A DNA stretch of 64,000 bases. It comes from Candidatus Sericytochromatia bacterium. GTDB lineage: Bacteria > Cyanobacteriota > Sericytochromatia > UBA7694. Where the stretch lies: positions 10,159 to 74,158 of the forward strand of contig JACYMC010000148.1 of assembly GCA_015272195.1 (NCBI GenBank), written 5' to 3'. Positions 38,453-48,057 of the stretch are shown here, one piece after another (positions within the stretch are counted from its first letter, which is position 1; every line of letters starts with the position of its first letter). The notes below the pieces were generated by a model. That model was not told where the DNA came from. It searched no databases and saw only the letters and a program-made list of their open reading frames with translations. The position numbers and the translations under genes were made by a program.

Positions 38453-39313
38453 TTAAGTCAGCTTCAGCCGAGCGTTATTGAGTCGGGCCAAGTCTTCCAG
38501 GCCAAAGACTTCGCCCCGCAGACCCAGATCAAATTCAGCGCTCAGGAGTTCCAGGCTTTCGCTGCTGTGGCCCATTTTGCGCAGCACGTTGCGCAGGGTT
38601 TTGCGGCGCTGCTGATAAATGGCTTGTACCAGCTGCCAGTAGGCGTTGAGATCTGTGCTGCTGATCGGCATACTCTGGCGCGGCTGCAGACGCACAAAGG
38701 CTGAGTCGACTTTGGGCTGGGGCTGAAAGAGATGGCGCGGTAAAATGCTCAGGATCTCGTTTTCAGCCGCAAAGTGCGCCTGAATGCTCAGCACGCCATA
38801 GGCTTTTTCACCCGGCTGGGCCACCAGTTTATCGGCCACTTCTTTTTGTACCATCAGGCCAATATCTGCAAAAATAGGCGTATCTGCGTTGAGGGGCTGC
38901 GTCAGAGCGGGTATATTCAGGGCCTTGTGCAGCAGGGGGGTGGTGAGATGGTAGGGAATATTGGCGACAAGCTTGCGCCGGGACCAGGGCACGTCAGCCA
39001 GCAGTTCGCGGAAGTCCGTGCGCATCACGTCCTGGTGCAGCAGCTCCAGTCGGGGTTCATGTGCATATTGCTGACGCAGCCGGGCAAAGAGCTGGGGGTC
39101 TACTTCAATGGCGATCACCCGCTGGACCCGTTCCAGCAGCAGTTCGGTCAGAATGCCCTGGCCAGGGCCCACTTCAATGACGGTGTCAGTTGTTTCCAGC
39201 TCCAGTGGGTCAAGGGAAAGGGCCAGCAGCTCAGGGTCCTGAAAAAAGTTCTGGCTCCAGTATTTTTTTGCGCGTATGGGTTGAGACATGGCTTCAGTAT
39301 AAGCCATTTGCAC
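38453..39313 (-). CDS. rsmA: 16S rRNA (adenine1518/1519-N6)-dimethyltransferase RsmA/KsgA
   Basis: WSQNFFQDPELL...VIEVGPGQGILTELL...ANIPYHLTTPLL are canonical KsgA motifs. Confidence 0.88.
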   Translation of the reverse strand: MQMAYTEAMSQPIRAKKYWSQNFFQDPELLALSLDPLELETTDTVIEVGPGQGILTELLLERVQRVIAIEVDPQLFARLRQQYAHEPRLELLHQDVMRTDFRELLADVPWSRRKLVANIPYHLTTPLLHKALNIPALTQPLNADTPIFADIGLMVQKEVADKLVAQPGEKAYGVLSIQAHFAAENEILSILPRHLFQPQPKVDSAFVRLQPRQSMPISSTDLNAYWQLVQAIYQQRRKTLRNVLRKMGHSSESLELLSAEFDLGLRGEVFGLEDLARLNNARLKLT

Positions 39314-39342
39314 CTGCCTGAAGAATCAGGTACAATGCTCTT

Positions 39343-40050
39343 ATGAAATACAAAACACTTGGTGTTTTCACAGCTGCCCTGTTCTGCTATGGAACAGGGC
39401 AACTCGTGTTTAAGCCTTTGCCTGCCCAGGCCCAGGTAAACAAACAAAGCCGTCCCCAGGAAATCCAGCGCTTTCTGAAAGTGCTGCAAACCGAGCGCAA
39501 CGAATGGGAGCGCGCCCGCGCCGCCACCTGGCTGGGCGTTCTGGAGGCCGAAGAAGCTCTGGGCCAACTGCACAAATCCCTGACTTCAGATGTCAGTAAT
39601 CAGGTGCGCATCAATGCCTCCAACGCCATTGCCCGCATCAACAAAAAAGCCAGCGTCAAAAAACTGGTGGCCGCCATTCCCGATAACCGGGGCCGCACCG
39701 ATGTGCAGCTGGCCATTATCCGCGCCCTGGGCGATATGAAAGACAACTCAGTTGACGCGATTCCCGTACTGGTTCGCTTTCTGCGCACCCCCAGCCCCTA
39801 TGTGCGTGAAGCCACCGTCGAAGCCCTCTGGAAAATCCGCGACCCCCGCGTGATCGATGTGCTCAACCGCCTGCTGGAACAGGAGCAAGAGCTGGTGGTG
39901 AAACTGACGCTGACCAGCGTGATCGCCGACTTTCGCAGCCCGGAATCGGTGGCGATTCTGGAGCGCATTACCAAACGGGCCAATGAGCACGTGGATGTCA
40001 AAGCCAACGCCCGCGACGCCCTCGATAAACTCGCCCAGATGGGCTTATAA
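39343..40050 (+). CDS. HEAT/PBS-lyase-like repeat protein with an N-terminal signal-like segment
   Basis: 235 aa. Repeated ...RARAATWLGVLEAEEAL / VRINASNAIARI / VQLAIIRALGDM / VREATVEALWKIRDPRVIDVL units are typical of HEAT_2/PBS lyase repeats. Confidence 0.6.
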   Translation: MKYKTLGVFTAALFCYGTGQLVFKPLPAQAQVNKQSRPQEIQRFLKVLQTERNEWERARAATWLGVLEAEEALGQLHKSLTSDVSNQVRINASNAIARINKKASVKKLVAAIPDNRGRTDVQLAIIRALGDMKDNSVDAIPVLVRFLRTPSPYVREATVEALWKIRDPRVIDVLNRLLEQEQELVVKLTLTSVIADFRSPESVAILERITKRANEHVDVKANARDALDKLAQMGL

Positions 40051-40139
40051 ACACTTCGCCTGATTTTTGTCGCGTACGCCGCGCTTATTCCCCTGTGACT
40101 GAGGCCAGGGCCCTGACCGCGTCTGAACTTTAACGCGCT

Positions 40140-42305
40140 TCAGCTCTTGCGTACGGCCAGCAAAACAACCGGGGTATCTTCTTTGAGTCCCTGGGTTTCC
40201 TGTTCGATCAGGGCCAGCATCTGGGCCATTTCCACCAGGCCGCTGAGATCCAGCAGGCGGCGATCCAGCACCAGATACACATCGGGTATCAGGCCACCGG
40301 CATCGCCAAAAGCGGTCAGCTGCTCCACCAGGCGGGGTAGGCGCTTGCGCAGGGCTTTGATTTCGGTGCATTCTGCCAGGGCATCATTGAGCTGCAGGCG
40401 CACCGTCCCTTTTTGATCCAGCACCCGCAGATTCAGCTGCGCCTGCTGCCAGAGTCCCAGCAGGCGGCGGCGTGTAACTGTCGCGCCCCAGACGCTGAGG
40501 CGTTCGGTGCGCCCCAGGCAGCTGACGGTTTCGGCGTTGACGTGCAGGCTGCGGGCCGCCTGGCTCTGAAGGGCGGCATCATCCAGCAGGTTCTCACCCG
40601 CTTCAGCATCCGTACGCAGGGCGCTGGCCCCGGTGGCGACGGCCATGACTTTTTTGTTGCGCGTGTCAATTTCAATGCTGACTTCAATGGTTTCGGGTGC
40701 TGCACCCATTTCAAGTACGGAGTCGTAGGCCGCCTGGCGCAGGCTGAGCAGATCGTCATTGCTGGGGTTGATCAGGTTGCGCTCGACGCTGTCACGGATC
40801 AGGCCCAGCGCGGCGCCAATGGCAGAGATGACCTCTGTATGCTCGGTAATGCTGTGCTCAAAACCCAGATGCTGCGCGGCAAAAGGCACAATGGCCATGG
40901 CCCCGCCGCCGCCGCCGACAAACTGAATCAGTTCGCGATCCAGCTTGTATTCGCGCATCAGCTGACGAATGGTGGGACGAATTTTTTCGGCCGCCCGCAC
41001 CTGAATCTGAGTGGCCAGTGCCTCCGGTGTGGTCTGCAGTTTTTTGGCCGCCGCCTGCATCACCTGCTGCACGGCCGCTCGGTTGGCCTCGCCATGCCCG
41101 CTGACTTTGACCAGATCAAGGTAATGCGCTGCTTCGGTGGGCGTCAGGGTATAGGCTTTGCCCTGAGCACTCAGTTTGAGATAATCCGACGGGTCACCCG
41201 GTCGCGGCTGAATCTGGCTGACTTCAAGGTCTGAGAAGTCTGTCTGCTCAGCAAAGGCTGGATAGGCCAGGCCAGCAATATGAGCCGAGCGCGGTCCGAC
41301 ATCCAGCACCGGCTGCGCGCCTTTGCGCTGAATACGGGGAATCGAGCCGCCGGCAATGCCCAGGGTCCGCACATCCAGGGTCTGAATATACAGACGGTGG
41401 CCGCCAATCTGGGCGGATTTGACCTGGGGCTTGCCGTTGCGGATCACGGTGATATCGCTCGAGGTCCCGCCGACCTCAATAAAAATCCCGTCAGAGACCC
41501 GCGCAAACATCAAAGCGGCTGCGACGCCCGCTGCCGGGCCCGAAAGCATGGTCAGAATCGGTCGGCGACGCATTTCATCAATGCTCATAATGCCGCCATC
41601 AGAGCGCATCACCATGACCGGGGTCTGAATGCCGCTGTCGCGGATGGCCTGCTCGGTACGGTTGGCGGTTTCGAGCATGCGGGGCATCATGCTGGCGTTG
41701 ATAACCGCCGTGCGGGTGCGCACCTTGAGGCCGTAAAGCTTGGAGATATCGCTGGCCGCAGTGGCCAGCAGACCCATGTCGCGTGCGGCTTCGGCAATCA
41801 GCTGTTCCCGCTCGGGCCGATCCACACCAAAGGCCTCCGAAGCCACAATCACTTCAGCGCCTTCGGCCTGCAGCTCCCTGATCAGCTTTTGGACCAGGTT
41901 TTTATCAAGGGTCTGGCGGGCCGTGTCCACAAAACGGTGGTGCAGGGGCAAAATCTTGCCCGGCGCCAGCTCCAGCCCTTTGAGATGGGTTTCGCTGCGG
42001 GCGCGCCAGCCTTCAAAGCCCTCACCCAGACCGATGACCCCTACCGGGGCCACATCCCCTTCGAGCAGGGCGTTGGTGGCCTGGGTGGTGGAGTGGGCGA
42101 TCAGAACAATTTCGTCGGCAGCAATCTCAGCGCTGGCCAGCAGGGCCTGCAAAGCGTCAATCACGCCCTGTGCGACACCGATTTCTGCCGTATGGGTGGT
42201 GGGTACGCAGGCTTTGCCCACCAGCGCCAGCTGGCCCACTTCTATCGCCACAGCATGGGTAAAGGTGCCGCCCACGTCAATGCCGATTTTGATCTTGCGC
42301 AGACT
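40140..42305 (-). CDS. Hydantoinase/oxoprolinase-family protein with an additional ~230-aa C-terminal domain
   Basis: Start at MSLRKIKIGIDVGGTFTHAV (Hydant_A_N-like). Central ...AVINASMMPRMLE...IEVGGTSSDITVI (hydantoinase A). The start codon overlaps the stop of the upstream transporter gene. Confidence 0.6.
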   Translation of the reverse strand, partial: SLRKIKIGIDVGGTFTHAVAIEVGQLALVGKACVPTTHTAEIGVAQGVIDALQALLASAEIAADEIVLIAHSTTQATNALLEGDVAPVGVIGLGEGFEGWRARSETHLKGLELAPGKILPLHHRFVDTARQTLDKNLVQKLIRELQAEGAEVIVASEAFGVDRPEREQLIAEAARDMGLLATAASDISKLYGLKVRTRTAVINASMMPRMLETANRTEQAIRDSGIQTPVMVMRSDGGIMSIDEMRRRPILTMLSGPAAGVAAALMFARVSDGIFIEVGGTSSDITVIRNGKPQVKSAQIGGHRLYIQTLDVRTLGIAGGSIPRIQRKGAQPVLDVGPRSAHIAGLAYPAFAEQTDFSDLEVSQIQPRPGDPSDYLKLSAQGKAYTLTPTEAAHYLDLVKVSGHGEANRAAVQQVMQAAAKKLQTTPEALATQIQVRAAEKIRPTIRQLMREYKLDRELIQFVGGGGGAMAIVPFAAQHLGFEHSITEHTEVISAIGAALGLIRDSVERNLINPSNDDLLSLRQAAYDSVLEMGAAPETIEVSIEIDTRNKKVMAVATGASALRTDAEAGENLLDDAALQSQAARSLHVNAETVSCLGRTERLSVWGATVTRRRLLGLWQQAQLNLRVLDQKGTVRLQLNDALAECTEIKALRKRLPRLVEQLTAFGDAGGLIPDVYLVLDRRLLDLSGLVEMAQMLALIEQETQGLKEDTPVVLLAVRKS

Positions 42306-43801
42306 CATGCCGGGCTCCCCATAAACCACCAGGCTGAGGCAATCAGGCCCAGTATGGCGACACTCCAGGCATAGGGTAGGGTATTCCACGTGACCTTCTG
42401 GACGTCCACGCGCACTTCAGAGGCCAGCCAGACGTTCTGTGTATTGGTGGGATCAGAGATGCCCTGGATCTGACCCACAGACATCAGCAGGCCCATGACC
42501 GCTGCCGGTGGCAGGCCAGCGGCCATAAAGGCCGTGGCCAGGCCAAAGCCCATGCCCCAGAGATTCAGGGGGCCGCGGTACAGAGCCAGCGGGGCTGCCA
42601 GGCTGAAGGTGATGACATAGGCCAGCGGCTGGGTTGGAATCAGCTGGCGGGTAAAGGGCTGAATCACGTTGAGCACGGGCCAGCCTTCGGGGTAGGCTTC
42701 TTTAATGGCATCACCGCCGGGGCCCATAATGGCCACCAGAATCATGCCGATGCCAAACATCAGCAGGACGGCGGGCATCACCACACCTGCGCCTTCGATG
42801 CTGGCCTGAATCAGGGTGTTGAGCCGCCCTTTGCGGTAAGTGGCTGCAAAGGCGTAGAGCACGCCGAACACAAAGGCCGTAATAAAGTTGAGACTGTAGA
42901 CCAGGATCAGCACCAGCGGCAGCACTGGCGCCAGGTAGGCAGACCAGTGAATAGGTACGCTTTCGGCCTGGCGGTGCCGCCAGGCGCGCATCAGCACGCT
43001 GATTAACAGCAGGGCCAGGGCGGCGCCAATAGCCATCTGAATGCCCCACCAGGCCTGGCTCCAGCCTGTGGCCAGCTGCTGGCGCAAGGTCGCAGGCACA
43101 GCATAAAACCAGCCCATTACACTGCCGGCTATCAGGCCCAGGGCCAGCAGGCCGCGCAGGGCAATGGCTCGCAGGTTGATATCGTGACCGTCAAAGTAGA
43201 GTTGCAGCGTAATATAGACCAGGGCCAGGCCAAAGAGCAGGCCAAAGATCAGCAGGGCAAAGGGTCGGATCTGATCGATTGAGAGGGCCATGACACTCTG
43301 ATAAAGGGCCCAGTTGCCCACATTCAGCGTGCCGCCAATCGATACCCCAAACAGAAAAATACCCACGGTGGTCAGGGGGCCCACACCGACAGCCGCCAGC
43401 ACGGGTAAAACAATGGTGGCCACCATAATAATCGCACCCAGGCCACCCAGGGTGGTAAACAAGAGAGCAATCAGGCTGAGCATGGTCACCGAGATCAGCC
43501 AGGGGTTGTCGCCAGACAATTCGGCCCCTTTTTTAATGAAGCTTTCGGCCACGCCGGTCTTTTGCAGAATCAGACTCAGCATGCCGCCAAACATGGCAAT
43601 GGTATAGGCCGATGAGAGTTTGAGCGGCCCCTGGCCAATGACATACTCCAGCACGTGGGTGGGGCTTACGCCCCCAATCAATGCGATCAGAATGGCCATC
43701 AGGGGCAGGGCCAGAATGGCGGGCAGCAGGCGGTAAAACATCAGCAGGGTACTGATGACAAAAACGGCCAGAAGGCCCAGGGCCTGCAATCCTTCGAGCA
43801 T
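42305..43801 (-). CDS. Polytopic membrane transporter (ion-transporter superfamily, CitMHS/GntP-like permease)
   Basis: 498 aa, ~12 predicted TM helices. Repeated gly-rich helix motifs (GGLGAIIMVATIVLPVLAAVGVGP; GAGVVMPAVLLMFGIGMIL) are typical of IT-superfamily permeases. Confidence 0.55.
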   Translation of the reverse strand: MLEGLQALGLLAVFVISTLLMFYRLLPAILALPLMAILIALIGGVSPTHVLEYVIGQGPLKLSSAYTIAMFGGMLSLILQKTGVAESFIKKGAELSGDNPWLISVTMLSLIALLFTTLGGLGAIIMVATIVLPVLAAVGVGPLTTVGIFLFGVSIGGTLNVGNWALYQSVMALSIDQIRPFALLIFGLLFGLALVYITLQLYFDGHDINLRAIALRGLLALGLIAGSVMGWFYAVPATLRQQLATGWSQAWWGIQMAIGAALALLLISVLMRAWRHRQAESVPIHWSAYLAPVLPLVLILVYSLNFITAFVFGVLYAFAATYRKGRLNTLIQASIEGAGVVMPAVLLMFGIGMILVAIMGPGGDAIKEAYPEGWPVLNVIQPFTRQLIPTQPLAYVITFSLAAPLALYRGPLNLWGMGFGLATAFMAAGLPPAAVMGLLMSVGQIQGISDPTNTQNVWLASEVRVDVQKVTWNTLPYAWSVAILGLIASAWWFMGSPA

Positions 43802-43912
43802 GGGGTTCCTCTCAGCCTGCGTGATCTGAGCGCTTTGAAAAACGCTTCAAGGCATTATAACCCTGCCCGGAGCGGCTTGACTGTGATCCGGGCAGCGTGA
43901 AGCGCTGTGTTT

Positions 43913-44842
43913 TTAGCGGCTGCTGCGTTGGCGGGCGTCATCCAGCTTGGCCTGAATCTCGCGGCGGCGGCGCTGGGCGTCTTCCAGGGCATCGCGGTTG
44001 CGCTGCACCTGTTTTTCGAGTGAGCCAGCCTCATGCCAGTGAGCTTCCTGCAGCTGCTGCTCCTGCAGCTCGAGTTCAGGCTCCACGCGCTGAATAAAGC
44101 TTTCAACGCGCTGCAGGGCTTCTTCCAGGCGTCGGAGGCCCTCAGCCTGGCGCTGCTGGCGCTCGGCGCGGTGTTGTTGGCTGCGCTGCTGCAATTGCTT
44201 CCAGAGGCCATCAAAGCGCTGATGATACTGCTGGCGCTGTTCACGGCGCAGTGGGAGCTGGTTGACCTGTTTCTGACAGGTCTGAAAGGTTTCGCGGGCC
44301 AGGCGCAGCTTGGTCTCCTCATTGACTGCGGCTTCTGCTTCCTGCAGCAATTGCTGGGCCGTGCTGTCGACCTGCTGAAACAGACTGTTACGCAGCTGAC
44401 GCAGCTGTTTGCGATAGTCTTTGAACTGCTCCCAGCAGGCGTCGAGATCGCTTTTGAGCATCTGGCGGCCCTGAAAGTCGAGATGTTGACGGATGGTTTC
44501 AAGCTGATCCTGGGCTTTTTGCAGCTGTGCCTGGGCCTGTTCCCACTGGTTCAGCGCATCTGGCGAGAGTTCAAGCAGCGGCGGCATTTCAGCCAGGTGG
44601 GCTTCCAGTTCGGTCCGCACCTGGGCTGAACTGTTCTGAAACTGGGCAAATTGTTCAGACTGCAGGTTTTCCAGTTTTTCGAGATAGCGGTTCAGGTCTT
44701 CAGCGTCCAGTTTGAGCTGCTTCAGCAGGGCTTCGGTTTTCTGGCGTTCGCGGCGAAAATCAGACTGCCCCACCCGTTCTTTAAGGCTATCCAGGGCCAG
44801 CTCGGCTTCAATCAGGTTCTGGGCGGTAAGGGTTTCGTTCAT
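43913..44842 (-). CDS. Hypothetical coiled-coil protein (Gln/Arg/Leu/Glu-rich)
   Basis: 309 aa, almost entirely heptad-like (QLQEAHWHEAGSLEKQVQRNRDALEDAQRRRREIQAKLDDARQ). Confidence 0.5.
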   Translation of the reverse strand: MNETLTAQNLIEAELALDSLKERVGQSDFRRERQKTEALLKQLKLDAEDLNRYLEKLENLQSEQFAQFQNSSAQVRTELEAHLAEMPPLLELSPDALNQWEQAQAQLQKAQDQLETIRQHLDFQGRQMLKSDLDACWEQFKDYRKQLRQLRNSLFQQVDSTAQQLLQEAEAAVNEETKLRLARETFQTCQKQVNQLPLRREQRQQYHQRFDGLWKQLQQRSQQHRAERQQRQAEGLRRLEEALQRVESFIQRVEPELELQEQQLQEAHWHEAGSLEKQVQRNRDALEDAQRRRREIQAKLDDARQRSSR

Positions 44843-45034
44843 GGCTGTCTCTTTTCATCGGATGATTGTAGCGTATGCTCTCTATAATACCGAGAAAAAG
44901 CCCGTGATGGGCATCTGCGGATTTAAAAATGACTGTCATTTGTTTTTTAAATTAGTGCTTGTATAATAACCTGTGGTATTACGAAGTCAGGACTTCAGCC
45001 GAACTGCCGCAATTTTCAAGGAGTATCATGTCTT

Positions 45035-46708
45035 ATGGAAAAAATCTGGTTAAAATCTTACCCCAATGACGTGGCCCACACGATTGATCCTGACAGCCTC
45101 AGCTCCATCAATGAAATCTTTGAGACCAGTTTTAAAAAGTTCCGTGAACGCCCGGCTTTCAGCAATATGGGCACCTCTCTGACTTATGGCCAGATTGACC
45201 AGCTTAGCCAGGCTTTTGCCGCCTACCTGCAGCATGAACTGGGACTGGTCAAGGGCGACCGGGTGGCTATTATGAGCCCCAATATTCTGCAGTACCCGGT
45301 CTGTTTGTTTGGTATTCTGCGCGCCGGCCTGGTGGTGGTCAACGTGAACCCGCTTTATACCAGCCGGGAACTGGAGCATCAGCTCAAAGACTCCGGTGCC
45401 AAAGCGATTGTGATTGTTGAAAACTTTTGCCACGTCCTGGAGAGTGTGCTGAGCAAAACCCAGGTTCAGCATGTGATCACGACCCAGCTGGGCGATCTGC
45501 TCAAGTTTCCCAAGGCTCTGATTGTGAATCTGGCGGTCAAACATCTCAAAAAAATGGTGCCTGCCTGGCGTATTCCCAAAGCGGTCTCTCTCAAAGATGC
45601 CCTTGCCAAAGGTCAGGGCAAGACCCTCAAACCCGTTGATATCAAACGCAGCGATATCGCTTTTTTGCAATATACCGGCGGCACCACGGGCGTTTCCAAG
45701 GGGGCGGTACTGACCCACCGCAACATGATTGCCAATATGCTGCAGGCCCGCGAGTGGATCCGCACCAAAATCACGGAAGGCAAAGAAGTTATCATCACAC
45801 CCCTGCCGCTTTATCACATCTTTTCGCTGACAGCCAACTGCTTTATTTACGGCAGTCTGGGCGCTGAAAATGTGCTGATTACCAACCCCCGCGATATTCC
45901 TGGCTTTGTTAAAGAACTGGCCAAAGTGCGCTTCACCACCTTTACCGGCGTCAATACCCTCTTTAATGGTCTGCTGAACCATCCCGACTTTGCCAAGCTT
46001 GACTTCAGCAGCTTCCGCCTCTCACTCGGTGGCGGCATGGCCGTGCAGCGCCCGGTGGCTGAGCGCTGGAAAAAGGTTACCGGTGTGACCCTGCTGGAGG
46101 CCTACGGCCTGACTGAAACCGCTCCGGCAGCCTGTATTAATCCCCTGACCGAAACTGAATACAACGGCACCATTGGCCTGCCGGTTCCCTCAACAGAAAT
46201 CTCGATTCGCAATGACGATGGCGAAGAAATGCCGCTGGGTGAACCCGGCGAAATCTGGATTCGGGGCCCCCAGGTCATGCAGGGTTACTGGAACCAGCCC
46301 GAAGAAACCGCCAATGTGCTGACCGAAGACGGCTGGTTTAAAAGCGGTGATATCGGCTATATGGACGAGCGTGGCTATACCACTATTGTGGACCGCAAAA
46401 AGGACATGATTCTGGTTTCTGGTTTTAACGTTTATCCCAATGAGATTGAAGAGGTGGTCGTCCAGCATGACAAGGTGCTTGAGGCTGCTGCCGTCGGCAT
46501 TCCCGATGAAAAATCCGGTGAAGTTGTGAAGATTTATGTGGTCAAAAAAGACGCTTCGCTGACCGAAGAAGAAATTCTGACCCACTGCCGTGAGCATCTG
46601 ACCGGCTATAAAGTGCCCAAGGCTGTGGCTTTTCGCGATGAGCTGCCCAAAACCAATGTGGGCAAGATTTTGCGCCGGGCCCTCAAAGAAGAAACAAAAG
46701 TCAGTTAA
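45035..46708 (+). CDS. fadD: Long-chain-fatty-acid--CoA ligase (FadD-type acyl-CoA synthetase)
   Basis: 557 aa. LQYTGGTTGVSKGAVLTHRN (AMP-binding P-loop), YGLTET, GWFKSGDIGYMDERGY, PKTNVGKILRR are canonical FadD motifs. A TGTATAAT -10-like element lies upstream. Confidence 0.88.
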   Translation: MEKIWLKSYPNDVAHTIDPDSLSSINEIFETSFKKFRERPAFSNMGTSLTYGQIDQLSQAFAAYLQHELGLVKGDRVAIMSPNILQYPVCLFGILRAGLVVVNVNPLYTSRELEHQLKDSGAKAIVIVENFCHVLESVLSKTQVQHVITTQLGDLLKFPKALIVNLAVKHLKKMVPAWRIPKAVSLKDALAKGQGKTLKPVDIKRSDIAFLQYTGGTTGVSKGAVLTHRNMIANMLQAREWIRTKITEGKEVIITPLPLYHIFSLTANCFIYGSLGAENVLITNPRDIPGFVKELAKVRFTTFTGVNTLFNGLLNHPDFAKLDFSSFRLSLGGGMAVQRPVAERWKKVTGVTLLEAYGLTETAPAACINPLTETEYNGTIGLPVPSTEISIRNDDGEEMPLGEPGEIWIRGPQVMQGYWNQPEETANVLTEDGWFKSGDIGYMDERGYTTIVDRKKDMILVSGFNVYPNEIEEVVVQHDKVLEAAAVGIPDEKSGEVVKIYVVKKDASLTEEEILTHCREHLTGYKVPKAVAFRDELPKTNVGKILRRALKEETKVS

Positions 46709-46733
46709 GCCTGAAAACGACTTTGACCTTCAG

Positions 46734-46770
46734 CAGGCCCATCTTTTATCAGATGGGCCTGCTTCGCTTG
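46734..46770. terminator. Rho-independent terminator-like hairpin (11-bp perfect stem, 6-nt loop), probably bidirectional for fadD and the convergent band-7 gene
   Basis: CAGGCCCATCT-tttatc-AGATGGGCCTG followed by cttcgcttgtt. It lies between the convergent stops at 46708 and 46822. Confidence 0.6.
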
Positions 46771-46821
46771 TTCCTAGCTTTAAGGCCTGTCTGGCGAGCG
46801 GCAAAGCCCTTGTTCAGCGGC

Positions 46822-47676
46822 TCAGCTTAAGCTGCCGGTGTTGATAATGGGCTGGGCTTCGTGTTCAGACACCAGGGCCACCATCAGGTTGTTGACCATC
46901 ATGGCCTTGCGTTCGTCGTCCAGCTCCACAATCTGCTGCTCTGATAACTGCTGCAGGGCCATCTGCACCATGCCCACCGCGCCTTCTACAATTTGTTTGC
47001 GGGCAGCAATGATGGCCTGGGCCTGCTGGCGTCGCAGCATGGCCTGGGCAATTTCAGGCGCATAGGCCAGGTGGGTCAGGCGTGCTTCAATAATCTGTAC
47101 GCCCGCGGTGCGAACCCGTTCTTCCAGCTCTTTTTGCAGCGTGTCAGACACTTCTTCAGGGTCGCCACGCAGCGAAAGGCCCGGATCTTCGCCGTTATCG
47201 TAAGGATAGTGTCCGCAGAGGGTGCGAATGGCGGTTTCACTCTGAATATGAATAAAATCCTCGTAAGAATCCACGTCAAAGAGCGCACTGGAAGGTGAGG
47301 TGACCTTCCAGACAATTACCGCAGCAATTTCAATCGGGTTGCCGTTGGCGTCATTGACTTTGAGCCGCTCAGAGTTGAAGTTGCGCACGCGCTGACTGAC
47401 TTTTTGCTTGACGGCAAAGGGATTGGACCACCAGAAGCCCGCATCTTTGATGACGCCGGTATAAGAACCAAAAAAGGTTAATACGCGTGACTCATTGGGT
47501 TGCACAGCATAAAGACCAGGAAGCCCCAGAAAAACGGCACCCAGGCATAAAAGTCCGCCAAAAATAGGAACGTTGGCCCGTACAAAACCGCCGCCAAGGA
47601 TAAACATAATGACAATCATCAGCAAAGCGCCAAAACCGTTGATTTTAAAGCCGGGTTTGTCAAAGGTTCTTTGCAT
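46822..47676 (-). CDS. SPFH/band-7 (stomatin/prohibitin-like) membrane protein
   Basis: Start at [29 protein letters not shown] with GGAGGAG 5 nt upstream. Band-7 core ...[11 protein letters not shown]...[10 protein letters not shown]...[21 protein letters not shown]. Confidence 0.75.
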   Translation of the reverse strand: MQRTFDKPGFKINGFGALLMIVIMFILGGGFVRANVPIFGGLLCLGAVFLGLPGLYAVQPNESRVLTFFGSYTGVIKDAGFWWSNPFAVKQKVSQRVRNFNSERLKVNDANGNPIEIAAVIVWKVTSPSSALFDVDSYEDFIHIQSETAIRTLCGHYPYDNGEDPGLSLRGDPEEVSDTLQKELEERVRTAGVQIIEARLTHLAYAPEIAQAMLRRQQAQAIIAARKQIVEGAVGMVQMALQQLSEQQIVELDDERKAMMVNNLMVALVSEHEAQPIINTGSLS

Positions 47677-47761
47677 ATCGCTCCTCCTGCTTGTTTTTTG
47701 TCGCTGATTTTGCTTAGAATTGAACATAAGCTGATCATCTGCAATCTGAAGGTAAAATATC

Positions 47762-48055
47762 ATGTCTGAAGCCGAAACCGAAGCGGAGATTCTCCGGGAG
47801 CAACTGCTGCTCTATGCTGAAAACTACCACCGCTTTGTGCTGGACCTTATGCCCCGCCTGGACCGCAACTGCTCAGAAAAAGCCCTCAATGAAATCAGTG
47901 AGCTGACCGTGTATTACCGCAAAGCTTTTGCCGACCTGGCTAACCAGGGCGAGCGGCTGGCCACGCTCTACTATCTGACCAGCAGTCGCCTGCTGAGTAC
48001 CCTCTGGCGTCTGCTGGGCCGCCCCACCGATCTTGAAGATCTGATCCACCTCTAG
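47762..48055 (+). CDS. Small hypothetical protein (97 aa)
   Basis: An ORF with a plausible start and upstream promoter region. Helical. No known motif. 2 nt from the convergent photolyase-like gene. Confidence 0.4.
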   Translation: MSEAETEAEILREQLLLYAENYHRFVLDLMPRLDRNCSEKALNEISELTVYYRKAFADLANQGERLATLYYLTSSRLLSTLWRLLGRPTDLEDLIHL

Positions 48056-48057
48056 GT

